Positions 52,401-64,000 of a DNA stretch of 64,000 nucleotides are shown here, one piece after another; within the stretch, counting starts at the first letter, position 1, and every line of letters begins with the position of its first letter. The notes under the pieces are model-generated. The model was not told the origin of the DNA. It did not search any database and saw only the letters and a program-made list of their open reading frames with translations. The DNA is from Curvularia clavata (Eukaryota). Made by a program: the position numbers and the translations under genes. The DNA lies in the NCBI GenBank assembly GCA_023920165.1, contig CP089274.1:5022001-5086000 (forward strand). Reading direction: 5' to 3'.

Positions 52401-55400
52401 CCCAGAAACCGGTGAAGTCGATGCTGCGCAGCTACCCCTCACCTGATTTTGGTGTGCGCGTGGTGAAGGGTCGTTGTCACAGGCCCTGGCTCAGGTGCTA
52501 CAGCAGCAAGTGCTCGGCGATGGCACACGGAGGCATGACCATGTAGTTTCACGTATGGCATGGTTATGCTGGACAAGATGTCGGCGACTTGTGTGCTGGG
52601 AGGAATGCGATGCGATGCGATGTCATGTGCTGGTAGGGCTGTAGGGCTGCGAAGAGGTGTGTGGGATGGTGTGTGGAGAGAGGGGTATGCTGTCGTCAGA
52701 ACGCAGGCCCTACTCGGTTGAGTGGCCGCTAAATATAGGCCTTCTGGTCTCGTCTCTGGGGGGAACGAATCAGCGCATCCGCGGCTGGCGTCAGTGTCTG
52801 CCAGATGTCGCGATAAGATTAGCAGAACGAGCATTAACGCGGCGGTTAATGGCACACTGTTCTGTCTGAGGAGACCAAAGTAGCGTCGCAAAATAGCACA
52901 CACTGGGCGATACAGCCCTCGACGGACCACGACCGAGAGTATTTTGGTCGCGGCGCCAGCGAGCATACATCCATGTCGCCGTCTTTGCACCATACCCACT
53001 GGTTGCTGAACATATACTCTTCTTGGGCATAAGTGTGGCCAGGAAAGTACCAAGAGACATGCTGTAACTGTAAGGAACCCAGCACTCTGGCGCTAGGCGG
53101 GAATACATGACCGCTCGCGGTGTGCCTATCTCCGCACCTTATAGTATGGCGTCCAGCGGTGAGATTCCACCGGTACGCCCGACAGAACGGTCGTCTAGCA
53201 CCCTGAAAAGGCTGTTCGCACGTCTCGGTAGCGCTTCCACCCACTCACGGAGGGCCATGGGCACTTGGCAGCAGGGGTTGTGGTTGCTGCTAGCCGTTAG
53301 TAGGAGAAGCAAGGGTCTTCCCGCTGTATACACTCACCGTCGGAACTACACCGAGCTTGACATTGCGTAGAGTAGGTATACCACGACACAGCCGCGCTGT
53401 GCTGGCAGTCGAGCCGTAGCGGGTTATGCTGCAAACGGTATAGCAACCGCTGGTGCTCGAGAATCGACACTGGTGCATTCGTTTTGGGGTCTGTGCCCGC
53501 CTGTTTCACGTGATGGACTCGCAAGTACACGCCCATATCAGGCATATCTGGACAGGAGGGGAAGTCGCAACGCATGGCAGCGAGCGAGCGAATGAGGTGC
53601 CCGACTGCGAATTTAGCTACGCCGGGGCCACTGACATTTTGTCCAAGCATACCAGTCGAATTCGCGCCCGGCGTGCTTCGCCCACAGGCAGGGCGTAACT
53701 CAGCCATGCTGCACAAAGGGCATATTCCAGAGCAATCGTAGCACCGTGTCTACAATAGACGTGTCTTGTTTCACGTGTTTTGAGATACTATTCGTGGACT
53801 TTATGCGAGGCATGTCTGGTATTCGTCTGTGCAAGACAGCAGTGGTAATACCATGGCCGTGGGAGGCAGGCATTCACTGGGAAAGCTTGTCTAGATAACG
53901 GGCAATAGCAGCGCTTGCTGCCCTCGCCCGATTAGCCTATATCCTGGTTCGAGGATGCTGACAGGTAGAAGGTACCAATTCCTGTCTATCGGTGTTTTAC
54001 AAACCAAGAAGATATTAGCCTCTGGGCTACGGAACATGTCGAATAAAAAACATGTGTGTTGAGCATGGACAACAATTTTGCGGAGTCGTACGATTGCAGG
54101 CGTTGCGGAGCCGTTAGCAGATGCAACAACCTTGCCATTACTGAAAGAGGGTTATTACTGCAGAAGGACAACAGTACGGAGCCAGTCCGCTGGGAACAAG
54201 GGCAAGGAGGTGCAAATGTTTGAGGCAAAGCGCATCCATGGGCATCTAGATGAGCTCGACGCCCCACTCACACGGCCATGGCAGTTGCAAATGCCTATGT
54301 AGATTGCTGGTTGAGAAGGTCGAGACTTGAACACACAGAGGGGATCGGCATGGCAATCTTTCTGTTTGATTGGGGAAGCGAGCCAACAGCAGGCAGCTCT
54401 ACCAACTGTTGTGGATCACAGACATGTCTCAAGTGAAAGTGCGGATCGGGGACTGGATTGGCTGGTGGCATGGCCATGACTTGGCCCCCACAATCTCCCA
54501 GTGTTATTTGGTGGTGGGCCTGAAGCTACAACATAGCCAGCAGGCGAAGCCGATGAGCCTCCACCGGCAGGCGTAGTAGGGCGTAGTGCTAAAGTGGTGA
54601 CTTGTACCATGGATCCATCAATAGAGCAGCTGAGGGTGCGTCTGTCAGTGTTTCTAGATGGCCAGGCGTGGACAGTGATTGGCGCGTGGCATGGGGTTTG
54701 GACGAGGGACAAGCTTTGGGCTGACCGTCGGCTTCGCGCCTCTGGGCTCTGGATACACCGACATTACAGTAAGGTGCTGATGCGGCTGCGGCATGGTGCG
54801 TAGGGCTGCTGAGAGGTCAGACGTTTGTTCGAGGGCCATTCTGGGGCTCTCTGAGATGGGGGTGCAGGGGCGCGATCCAACGGTCGGCTAGGCAGCGCAC
54901 TTTACTTAGGTACTGAGTGACAAAGCAGACTAGGCGCATGCCAGGCAGAGTAGTGCGAGGCGGGCTAGGCTGGATTGAGGATATGGTCCTCGAGAGCAGC
55001 CTTGGACTTGTGCACGACGACGACGACGAGCGACGGAGCAAGAGATGTCCCGCACCGCTTTGTCGCTGGGCTGGCCGGTTGGCCGGTGGGTAATGGCGGG
55101 CGTGGATGGCAGCGTCACAGTCACCATAGTGTCGGACGCGCTGCGGCGTGGCCAATGGTGCAGAGGGCGAGCATGCACACTGTCGTACGTAGGCAGCGAA
55201 GAGACAGATGGTGGGGGGGCTGAGAGAAGCCAACCAGCGGGCAGCGGGGTGGGGCAGCTGCCCAGCACTGCTCTGTGTGTGTGTGTGTCTATGTAGAGCG
55301 TGTGCGGGAGTTTGCGGCCCCCAGCACCGCACTCGCTGCTGCTGCATGGGGCATAGCAGCAGTGGAGGCAACGGCAGGCGCGGGCTGGCAAAGCGGTAGC

Positions 55401-56105
55401 AAAGCGGTACAGACGACGGCACAAGGACGGGCGGACGAGATCAAGGACGTGAGGATGCATACGCACGCCTTTGCAGCAGCAGCGCAACGCAGGGACGGAC
55501 AGACAAGGACGCGGCCTGCGTGAAGTTCCGTCAGGCTCGGGCGGCCAAGAGACGTAGGGCTGTCGGCGACGCAGATGCAGACGCAACTTTGGGCGTGCAG
55601 GGGGGCGCGGGGGCGCAGGGGGGTGACGAGGGCAAGGGCGAGGGCGAGGGTCGGGGGCAGTCACCGCTCCCCAATAGCCCGCTTCTGCACGCCCGGCTTT
55701 CAATACACGCCCGCGCATCCGCCGTCTGACGCTGAGCCCCGGCCTGGCCAACGCTCACTGGCCCGCTGCCACGCCCGCGCTGGCGCCCCTGCTAAATTTA
55801 CAAGACGGCAGTCGGTGAAAGTCGACTGTCCAGGGTCTGTCCAAACCGTACCAAATTGAGCAATGCTCGAGCCGGCATCGCCAGACGACAAGGGTGCCTG
55901 CCCTGCGAGGGCCTGAAGCTGGGGACCAACACTAGGCCGTCTGTGCTCCCTCGAACGACTGCGCACGCTGCAAACGACGGCGAGATAAATATAATGGCGC
56001 CCCGTCTGCTACAGCCCTCTTGTCATTGATAACCAGACATCTTCTGAGCCTTTCTCATCCTCCATCTCTCCATCTCTTCCTCTTCTTGATACCACTGTAC
56101 ATCCA

Positions 56106-56106
56106 C

Positions 56107-56137
<31 letters not shown>

Positions 56138-56147
56138 CATATATATA
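56106..56147. repeat. Imperfect (AT)n microsatellite just upstream of the bZIP start codon
   Basis: catatacatatatatatatatatatacacatacatatatata read directly, followed by (ACC/ACT)n. Confidence 0.85.
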
Positions 56148-56219
56148 GTCATCCCACCAGTGGTGCCTTCCTCAACCACTACCACTACCACTACCCCACC
56201 TCACATCTCGCTGCCCACC

Positions 56220-57168
56220 ATGCATCGACACGCCGGTTACTACGCCAGCCCGGCTCCCACTACCACCAGATACTCAGGCACATCATCCGCCTTTTCCGCC
56301 TCGGCCAACCCCAACGAGGACTGGACAAAGATCTCCGACCTTGCCGAGCGCAGGCGGATACAGAACCGCATTGCCCAGCGCAACTACCGCAAGAAGCTCA
56401 AGAAGAGGCTCGAAGACTTGGTGAGTTTCCCCGTGCTACCGCACCTCGTATAGCTCGGAACCATGTACTAATACAGATGCAGGAGCGCCGTGCTGCCTCG
56501 AGCTCAGCTTCACCTGAACAGAAGCCCGCCGAGCTGCAGCCACCCCAACCATCACCGCGCCACGAGTTCCCCTCACCATCCTCTTCGGAATCCTCGTACA
56601 CGACCCCACCTGCAGAGGACCGCATGTTCTCCCACCAGTACACGCGCCAGCTGTCCACCAGCCCACCCCCCTTCTCCGTAGCCTACTCGTCCGCCTACCC
56701 AGCCCCGGATGCAGTTGCCTACTCCATGCCCTACTCAGCCTCGCCCTACCACACAATACCAACCACGCTCACCACAGACATGCCCACCTACGCCTATCTG
56801 CCTCCACCTCACTCGTCCTCCTACTCCAACCCGCTGCCTAGCCTGGTCCCCGCCATGAAGACCGACTACTACGCAGACGAGGACATGAGTCCCTTTACCG
56901 TCGGCTACGCGGCTCTTGGCGGCATCGAGATCCCACCACCCCACTCGTACGCCCACTCAGTAAGGCTCCCTACCCGCCAGCCCTACTACGCATAGCCTTC
57001 CTCCTCTTTTCCCTTCGCTGGCCGCTGCTGTTCTCTCACCGAACATGCGCTGACCGGTTCCGCCAGATGACGACGACGCCACCACTTGACCACTCGGACA
57101 TGGACTACCCATCATCCCCAAACTCCATGCCGCCGACGCCTCCGGCCCATCCGCTTCCGTCCATGTGA
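56220..57168 (+). CDS. Fungal bZIP transcription factor (possibly ada-1-like); exons 56220-56420, 56483-56959, 57067-57168
   Basis: SGTSSAFSASANPNEDWTKISDLAERRRIQNRIAQRNYRKKLKKRLEDL|ERRA basic region and short zipper, followed by a P/S/Y-rich tail. Confidence 0.9.
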
Positions 57169-57646
57169 CCACGCTCTAGTGGCTCGTATTCTCTCATCTC
57201 ACTTCGACAGAGACACAGAGTCTCCATTCTTCTTTTGTGATTACTACCACTTTTTTCTTCGTCTTCTTTTTATCTACTGCATCGTCAGCGTCGGTCGTTT
57301 AGGCAAAGGTCCCTCACTTGAATAGCGAGGTTGGGCGTTTGGGCGTTTCTTGTCTCTTGACAAAGACTGTTTGATGTCATGACTAGGTTAGAGCTCACCC
57401 ATGGGGATGTGAGCTCAGTGCCAGTGCGAGCCTGGGCCACGTTGATATGGCAATGAATACTATTATCATCACATAAAAAAGTCTTTTTGCATTTGTGACA
57501 ATGAAACAAGTGATGTTTGATGCGCGCATCTCATTTGCCATGTGCGCGACCGATTGCGCATGATAACCAGCGAGTGTTGATGGGTCTAGTGAACATGTCA
57601 AGACCGTGCCCGGGCGCTGATCACGTACCGCGCCAAGCCTGCCCCC

Positions 57647-57656
57647 CGACGCGTCG
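57647..57656. promoter_or_regulatory. MluI cell-cycle box (ACGCGT within the palindrome CGACGCGTCG) upstream of ORC1
   Basis: Located about 80 bp before the ORC1 ATG; MCB elements are typical of G1/S replication genes in ascomycetes. Confidence 0.5.
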
Positions 57657-57730
57657 TTGCGTGCCGCTTCCCTGCCAACGTCAGCGACAAACAAACCCAA
57701 AATTTGCGACCTCACTACTCGCAATCCTCC

Positions 57731-60422
57731 ATGGCTCCCATTAAACGCTCCAAGGTAGACAAGGCGCGCCAATGCCTCTTGGGCGGCGCAGTGTTCCGCG
57801 AAGACTCCGACGATGAGCTAGGCTACGAGGACCACCCATGGGAATGGATCTACAACGACAATGGCGCCCAGGATACACAGCCCGATGAGAACGCGACACC
57901 ACGCAAGAGAAAAGCCGCCCCTGAACTGTTGGGCAAGCATATTGTTGGCGCTAGAATGGGCCACTTTCAATGTAAAATCGGCGACGCTGTCCTGCTCAAA
58001 GCCGAAGGAAACCAAGCATGGGTGGGCATCATCTGCGACTTCTTCGAAGACGTCGACGAGGACGAGAAGATGGCCAAATTCCTCTGGTTCGCTTCTGAGC
58101 GAGAGATTCGAAACCAGAGCAAGAAGCGCACCGACTTCCTCCCTGTGAGCCTTTATTGACTTCTCCTCATGTACACGAGTCGGGACTGATTGTAATACTT
58201 ATAGAACGAACTCTACATATCTGCAGCATTCGACGACAACCCTCTAGCTTCGATCAATGGCACAGCCAAGATATTCTCCTTGGAGCGCTTCCAACAACTG
58301 TACCCGACAGGGGTGAAGAAGTCGTCAAAGGACTACGGCAAAGTATTCGTCTGCAGAAGAGGCTGCAACGTGCGCACAACCACGTACACACCCGAGTTCA
58401 ATTGGGAAGACATTTACAAGAGCGCCGAAGATATCCAAGCGCTCGTTGACTTTGTCGAGAGCCAGACCAAGGCCACGAGGAGAGGACCCGGTCGGCCGAG
58501 AAAGCAGCCGCCAAAAGACCTGGACGACTTCGTGATGCCAGATGGAATGCATGAAGACCAACCCGAGACTCCGCGGAAGCGCCGGAAACTTAATGATGCC
58601 ACTACGCCTACTTCGAGCAGGAAAAGCCCGGCAGCCCGCAAGTTCCTGACCCCAACGCACAAGAGAATTGTTGTAAAGAAGCAATTAGAGTTTACGCCCC
58701 TGGGAACACGCGTACTTGACCCCTCTGCCCTGAATTCACCGTTCCAGATTGCTCGCAACCAACTCCATGTTTCCTCTGTACCCGCCGCCCTCCCCTGCCG
58801 GGAGGAAGAATTCTCCACCGTCTATAGCCACTTGGAAGCTGCCATCACAGAAGGTTCAGGGTCCTGCATCTACATTTCCGGCACTCCAGGCACTGGGAAA
58901 ACTGCTACGGTCCGCGAAGTCGTGGCACAACTGCAGGCTTCAGTGCAAGCCGAAGAATTGGATGATTTCATATTTGTCGAAATCAATGGCATGAAAGTCA
59001 CGGATCCCCATCAGTCCTATTCATTACTATGGCAGGCATTGCGTGGAGATCGGGTCAGCCCTGCGCATGCCTTGGAGCTCTTGGAGCGCGAGTTTTCTAC
59101 CCCAAGCCCGCGCCGTGTTCCTTGCGTCGTTCTAATGGATGAACTTGATCAGCTGGTCACCAAGAACCAATCCGTCATGTACAACTTCTTCAACTGGCCC
59201 GGGCTTCGGCATAGTAGGCTGATTGTCCTTGCTGTAGCCAACACCATGGATTTGCCTGAACGCACCTTGAGTAACAAAATTAGCAGCCGGCTCGGTAAGT
59301 TCCTGAATTCCCATTCTATCACGAGGCCCCACACCTCGAGACGTTGTTGTTCCCATGCACCTCCACCTCCACCTCCACTACCTCCACCACTTTCAGATCA
59401 TTGCCAAATTCGAACCAAATCATCACCAGACATGGTAGCCCCTCCACAGCTTGCACATCACAATTATGCACTACCGACGTGTTACACGTGACCGAGCTTA
59501 TTGTTTACTGCGGCGGCAACGCTAACTACTTACCCCATTAGGTTTAACGCGAATCACTTTCCCGGGCTATACATATGACCAGCTGATGCAGATTATTCAG
59601 TCACGGCTTGAAGGTGTGCCTGGCAATATTGTGCACCCTGATGCCGTTCAGTTTGCAGCACGGAAAGTCGCAGCTGTTAGCGGCGATGCTCGACGCGCGT
59701 TAGACATTTGTCGACGAGCGGTCGAAATCGCCGAAACCGAGGCCGAAATCAAATCACAGGACCGAGATAATGAAGTCCAGCCGGCTACTCCAAGTAGGAC
59801 CGGCCGAAACAACAAAGATAGCTTGCAACAAATCTCCCAGTCAATCACAACTGCCGGAGCACCAGTGGGTCGAGCAACTGATCAAGCTGGACGTCCTACC
59901 CAACGAAAAGGCGTGGTCACAATGGCGACGATCAAGCAGGCCATCAATGAGGCCACTAGCAGCCCCCTGCAACAGGCATTGCGGGCTCTTCCGCTGGCTT
60001 CCAAAGTGTTCCTGGCTGCACTCTTGGCACGGAATCGCCGTTCAGGCATTGGCGAAGCTGTGCTTGGAGATATCGTTGACGAAGTCAAACGACTAGGCCT
60101 GATGAGCCAATTGCGACCTGTCCATGAATACATTCTTGCACCAGAGAAAGAAGACAGTATGGACGGAACTCCTGCTCCTGTCATGCAGCTATCCACGCCG
60201 TCGAAGCACCGTGACCTTGCTACGAGACAATCAGACCTCAAAGCAGCAAGAGCGCTTGGTCTTGCACACGCAGCTATTGAACTTGCAGAGGCAGGCATAA
60301 TAGGCGTCGAGGCCCGACATGGCGAGCGGGTAGGTCGTGTGCGGCTGGGTGTTGGTGAGGACGAAGTGCGGCTGGCGCTGGGAGACGATGAGTCTGTCCA
60401 CGGTTTGGGGCTCGGTGCGTGA
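57731..60422 (+). CDS. ORC1: Origin recognition complex subunit 1; 3 exons (introns 58145-58204 and 59295-59541)
   Basis: BAH domain (IGDAVLL...WVGII...|NELYIS), LPCREEEF, Walker A GTPGTGKT, Walker B VVLMDELD, AVANTMDLPER, SGDARRALDICRRA. Confidence 0.95.
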
Positions 60423-63088
60423 CACAATTCTCGAACCGTGTCTCTGACAAGTACTCCCTCGCAGCACGCTACTTCGGCATGGTGACTTGGAAACGGCTAC
60501 TAGTTCGCATACAGTTAATTTTCCGGAGGACACCTTGGTTCCGACAACCAACCATGGTATATTCTCTAGTGAGTGCGCACTGTACCTTCTTCGATGCTTC
60601 CGCTTCGATCCTGCCCTTTGTGTCCTCCATGTGGCTCGTCCCAGCCATTCTACACGCATAGTCCAATGAGCTGCGCCACCGATCTACCGGTCAAACTCGA
60701 AAGCACCGGCCCGCCGACTGGGGTTCAATCGGAGCAACAATTTAGGCGATCTGTACATTAGCCGTGTCCCACAACTGTAAGCCGCTGGTTGGGTTGGGTA
60801 CGGGATAGCTTTGTGAAACTCATTGGTTGATTATTATTCGATAGCAACATCACGGCCTACGCCTTTTTGCGCAATCACGACTCGCAGGTGTCGACTCGAA
60901 AGTGTATCAACTGCGCAGATTGGACCGCAAGTATTCGTGCGGTGCCACTGCGTCGGCGGCCGCACGGGGTCACGTACGACTGCGCCAACCAAATTATAAT
61001 GTGTGCATGTGTCCTTTTCTTTCCCTTGCCGTCTCGAGTACGAGTTGGACGGTCACACATCATGGCGCGTTGCGAGTTGCTCCGGCACCTTGTTCTGTAA
61101 AGGCAACGATTGCGCGCGTTTATTTCACTTTCTCTCCCAAATTCAAGTTAACATACATTACAAAAGTATGTTGTTCTAGACCCCTGCATAACTCGAAAAG
61201 CGTATGGCATGAGAGAGATCGCGCCGTATAGACCACCTGGAAATTACAAAGTAAAGTTGGCTAGATGCCATACGATCATGGCGATTATTCACAAGGCCGC
61301 CCAAAGTTTGTCTAGTTGTTTACAGTAAAGGCCTTGTTTTACCGGGTTATTGGCACCGTTTTTTTCCTTTTGCCTGACCCCTTGCTCCCCCATATGCCGT
61401 ATTCCATTCCCTCTATTCCTTCCCGGATATCCGGATGTTGGAGTGGTTGTTCGTGCAAAACTATGTTCGTTATTAGAATTTGTGTGAACGCCGATGTGTG
61501 TGTGAGAGCCCGAGTTCAATCGGCGACCACAAGAGAGAAACTCCGAAGCAAAGGTTCTCAGTGTTCTGCGGATATCCCAGTCGGCAGCTTCTCAAATCGT
61601 GGAAACATACTTTCTTTGGATCTTGTCTTTGTGTTTTTTTTTCTTGTTCTCCTATGGACGTGCGTAAGGACTTATCGAGGAACTAAGATAATGACCGAAA
61701 GGGAGAGTAGGTAAATTTGTGGCTTGAGTCGGGGGGTTGATGCAAGATGCCCGAAATACACGCTCGCATGCACTTAGTGTCCGTAGTTAGATATACAGAA
61801 TCAAAGAAAAAGAAATACATACTACGTACCCAGAACTACCCAATTAAGACTACATGCGCACACGCGACTGTTAGACGAGATCCCGCATTGTATTTCCCTC
61901 TCTTGTTCTGCGTGCGTACCTCCACCCACAAACCACCCGCACTCCACTCCACTACACCAACAACGCCACGCCCCCAGTCAAATCTGTACCACCACACCTC
62001 TCCCAGTATTTTCTCTCCTCCCATCCCTCTCCACTACATCAATCTCATCCTATCGTACACGAATACCAAAACATGTTAAAAAAAAAGGACCTCAAACAAC
62101 GCTACGACCACGCCGCCTACGTCACGACTCCACCACGAACTTCTTTGAACTCCGCTCCGCTCTATTGTACTGCACTCCACTCCAGTCTACTGTGCTTCAG
62201 ATGAGTGCTCTAGAAAAAGACCCAAGGGAGGTTTTCTAGGCACCCATTCAAGCCTGAACTTGTACTGTAACGTATAGCGCAGAGATGTCGTATTGGATAT
62301 CCAAGACACTGACTTGTTGCGTTGCGTCGTCTCGTGTGTGTATATGAGTGTGTGAGTGGAGACACACCATGTGACGTATTTGCATAACCGCCGTGCCTTT
62401 CTTCTCTACAGAGGTTTCGAGCCAGATGCAATCCTATGGTGCTAGTACTGGCACTATTACGCGGCGTCCTAGCGGTGGCGTAGCTGTGTCCTATCTACTC
62501 AGGAGGGTAGGTCAGGTGTGTATTTTTTCGCTCTTTCTTGGCGGTGCAACGAGGCGGGAAAATGTGGCTTGAGGATGAGAACGTGACGGTTCGGTTTTGT
62601 GGGCACGGAGTTGGGTTGGGGGCGTTGGTGGCGTAGTCGGACTTGCTCGGGGCAGCGAGAGTGTTGGTGGTACGGCGGGGTGGGTGGAGGGTGGAGGGGC
62701 TGGGATAGACGAGAGTTATGCGGGTGAGGTGGTGGAGGCGGTGGAGGCGGTGGGCAGTATGATGGGGGGCGGAAAGAAGGTCATGCTTGGAAAGGGAGGG
62801 AGTAGAAAGGGTAGGTAGAGGGAGTGTTGGAATGGATTCGTGGCGTGAGAGGGATAAGGCTGGAACGGAGAGTCTGATGCTACTGCTTGGGGAGACAACG
62901 AATAGTAAATAAATACAATTGAAGAGACGACGATTGTACATAAGTATTCTGTGTTGCTAGGCATGCCACGACTAGAGACATGTCTAGCAAGTGACGAAGA
63001 ACAGCCATAAGCATCACCCAGACATTACATTTCTCCCCATTTCCCGTAGAATAGGCATATATAAAAAACATTTCCCAACCCACCCAAC

Positions 63089-64000
63089 TCATATAACATC
63101 CATGTGCATCTCACACGGACTCCCTTCCAATCGGTCTTTCCTTCTCTCTGCTCTAAAGCCCTCCTCTAAATCCAAACCCACAACTGTCGCCGGCCACTCG
63201 ATCAGGCCCCAGTTCTCACGACCAAGCGCCATCGCAACGGCTGTGACAATGTCTGCACCCAGCCCTTCCAGCCACCACACATTCCTCACTCTACCCGGCA
63301 GAATAGCGTAGTGTGCCAGAATGACTAGCGCATGTGCGTTCTTCGACTCGACGAGGCCGATAAATTCCCGCGGTATGCGCGTCGCCCAAACAAAGATTGC
63401 GCCGCGATCTGTAAGCGTAGAAATGGTGCTGTCGTCGATGGAGTAGGGAACGGCAGACATGGGAGGAAAGCGTTCGGGCAGCGTTAATTGACTGATCAAA
63501 CCGAAGCTTTGGCGGAGGTAGAGGAGTGCCTGGGAAAGGTAGACGGAGTGCGGCTCTAGGGGATCCTCGCTTTCCATCCATAACTTCTCAATCTCTTGCA
63601 GTCGTTCGTCTTCTAGGACTGCTCGCGGTGTGGCGGAAACATTGTATTCTGGCCACCATTCGCGTGAGGTTATAGGCTGCATCTTGCTTCCTAATACCCA
63701 GCTCCATCCGGATAGAAGGACGGTGAGAGGGCCGCGGAGACCCCATATTGTACGCAGTGCACATGATAGTATCTTGTCGACTATCTCTGGTGATGGTGTA
63801 GCTGTGTTTGGAGGAATCGAAGCGAGGAGATCTTCAATGTCAATGGCTGATGTGCGGAACAGGTACACAGCAGTGAAGGTCGAACTAGCAAAGAGCGCCG
63901 CAGCATTCCTCTCTGTGACATTTTCCAACTCCACTCTGTATCTTGTCAAGGCTTTATTCATTCGGGCAGCTGCGAGAGTGTTCATCTTCTTTTTCGCCTC
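63089..64000 (-). CDS. 3' part of a probable Zn(II)2Cys6 (UPC2/sterol-uptake-type) transcription factor; 5' end lies outside the window
   Basis: ALTRYR..L.NVT..NAAALFASS, FVW...IPREF..L......ALVILAHYAIL, WWLEGLG and W..LIEWP are characteristic of this family's C-terminal region. The Zn cluster itself is not in the window. Confidence 0.75.
   Translation of the reverse strand, partial: EAKKKMNTLAAARMNKALTRYRVELENVTERNAAALFASSTFTAVYLFRTSAIDIEDLLASIPPNTATPSPEIVDKILSCALRTIWGLRGPLTVLLSGWSWVLGSKMQPITSREWWPEYNVSATPRAVLEDERLQEIEKLWMESEDPLEPHSVYLSQALLYLRQSFGLISQLTLPERFPPMSAVPYSIDDSTISTLTDRGAIFVWATRIPREFIGLVESKNAHALVILAHYAILPGRVRNVWWLEGLGADIVTAVAMALGRENWGLIEWPATVVGLDLEEGFRAERRKDRLEGSPCEMHMDVI

Noticed and set aside
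54817..55751. 201-aa and 273-aa minus-strand ORFs
   Set aside because: They are Arg/Pro/Cys-rich translations of GC-rich low-complexity DNA that cross microsatellites and are not protein-like.
59392..59462. C/D-box-like words (GTGATGA...CTGA) on the minus strand of the ORC1 intron
   Set aside because: They are antisense to the host intron, the spacing is short, and I recognise no rRNA-complementary guide.

Overview
Eukaryotic genomic DNA from a filamentous ascomycete, with short GT-AG introns and CTRAC/CTAAY branch points; gene content suggests a Dothideomycete/Pleosporales, which is an inference. I can support 16 protein-coding genes, most of them spliced and fragmented in the ORF track. 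In order: a PTH11-like membrane protein, a secreted FAD oxidoreductase, an AhpC/TSA-like protein, a methyltransferase-fold protein, an AzgA purine permease, an SDR, PRP46, a GPI-anchored CFEM protein (missed by the ORF track), a PXA-RGS-PX sorting nexin, VPS11, YRA1, an aldehyde dehydrogenase, a DDHD phospholipase, a bZIP factor, ORC1, and the 3' part of a probable Zn2Cys6/UPC2-type regulator. I could not support any transposon, tRNA, rRNA or CRISPR array. The most notable signals are (1) a truncated, decayed ZNFX1-like pseudogene (SF1 helicase / NF-X1 fingers / RZ finger) at about 16.7-19.7 kb, (2) a 635-nt YRA1 intron at the same RRM position as the autoregulatory yeast intron, (3) a gene-free stretch of about 14 kb upstream of the bZIP gene that ends in a 9-tract G-quadruplex motif, (4) eight CCAAT boxes in 236 bp upstream of the CFEM gene, and (5) a probable GC-AG intron in azgA. 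I did not find a clearly intact novel multi-gene system. Exon boundaries were read by eye and may be off by a few bases.
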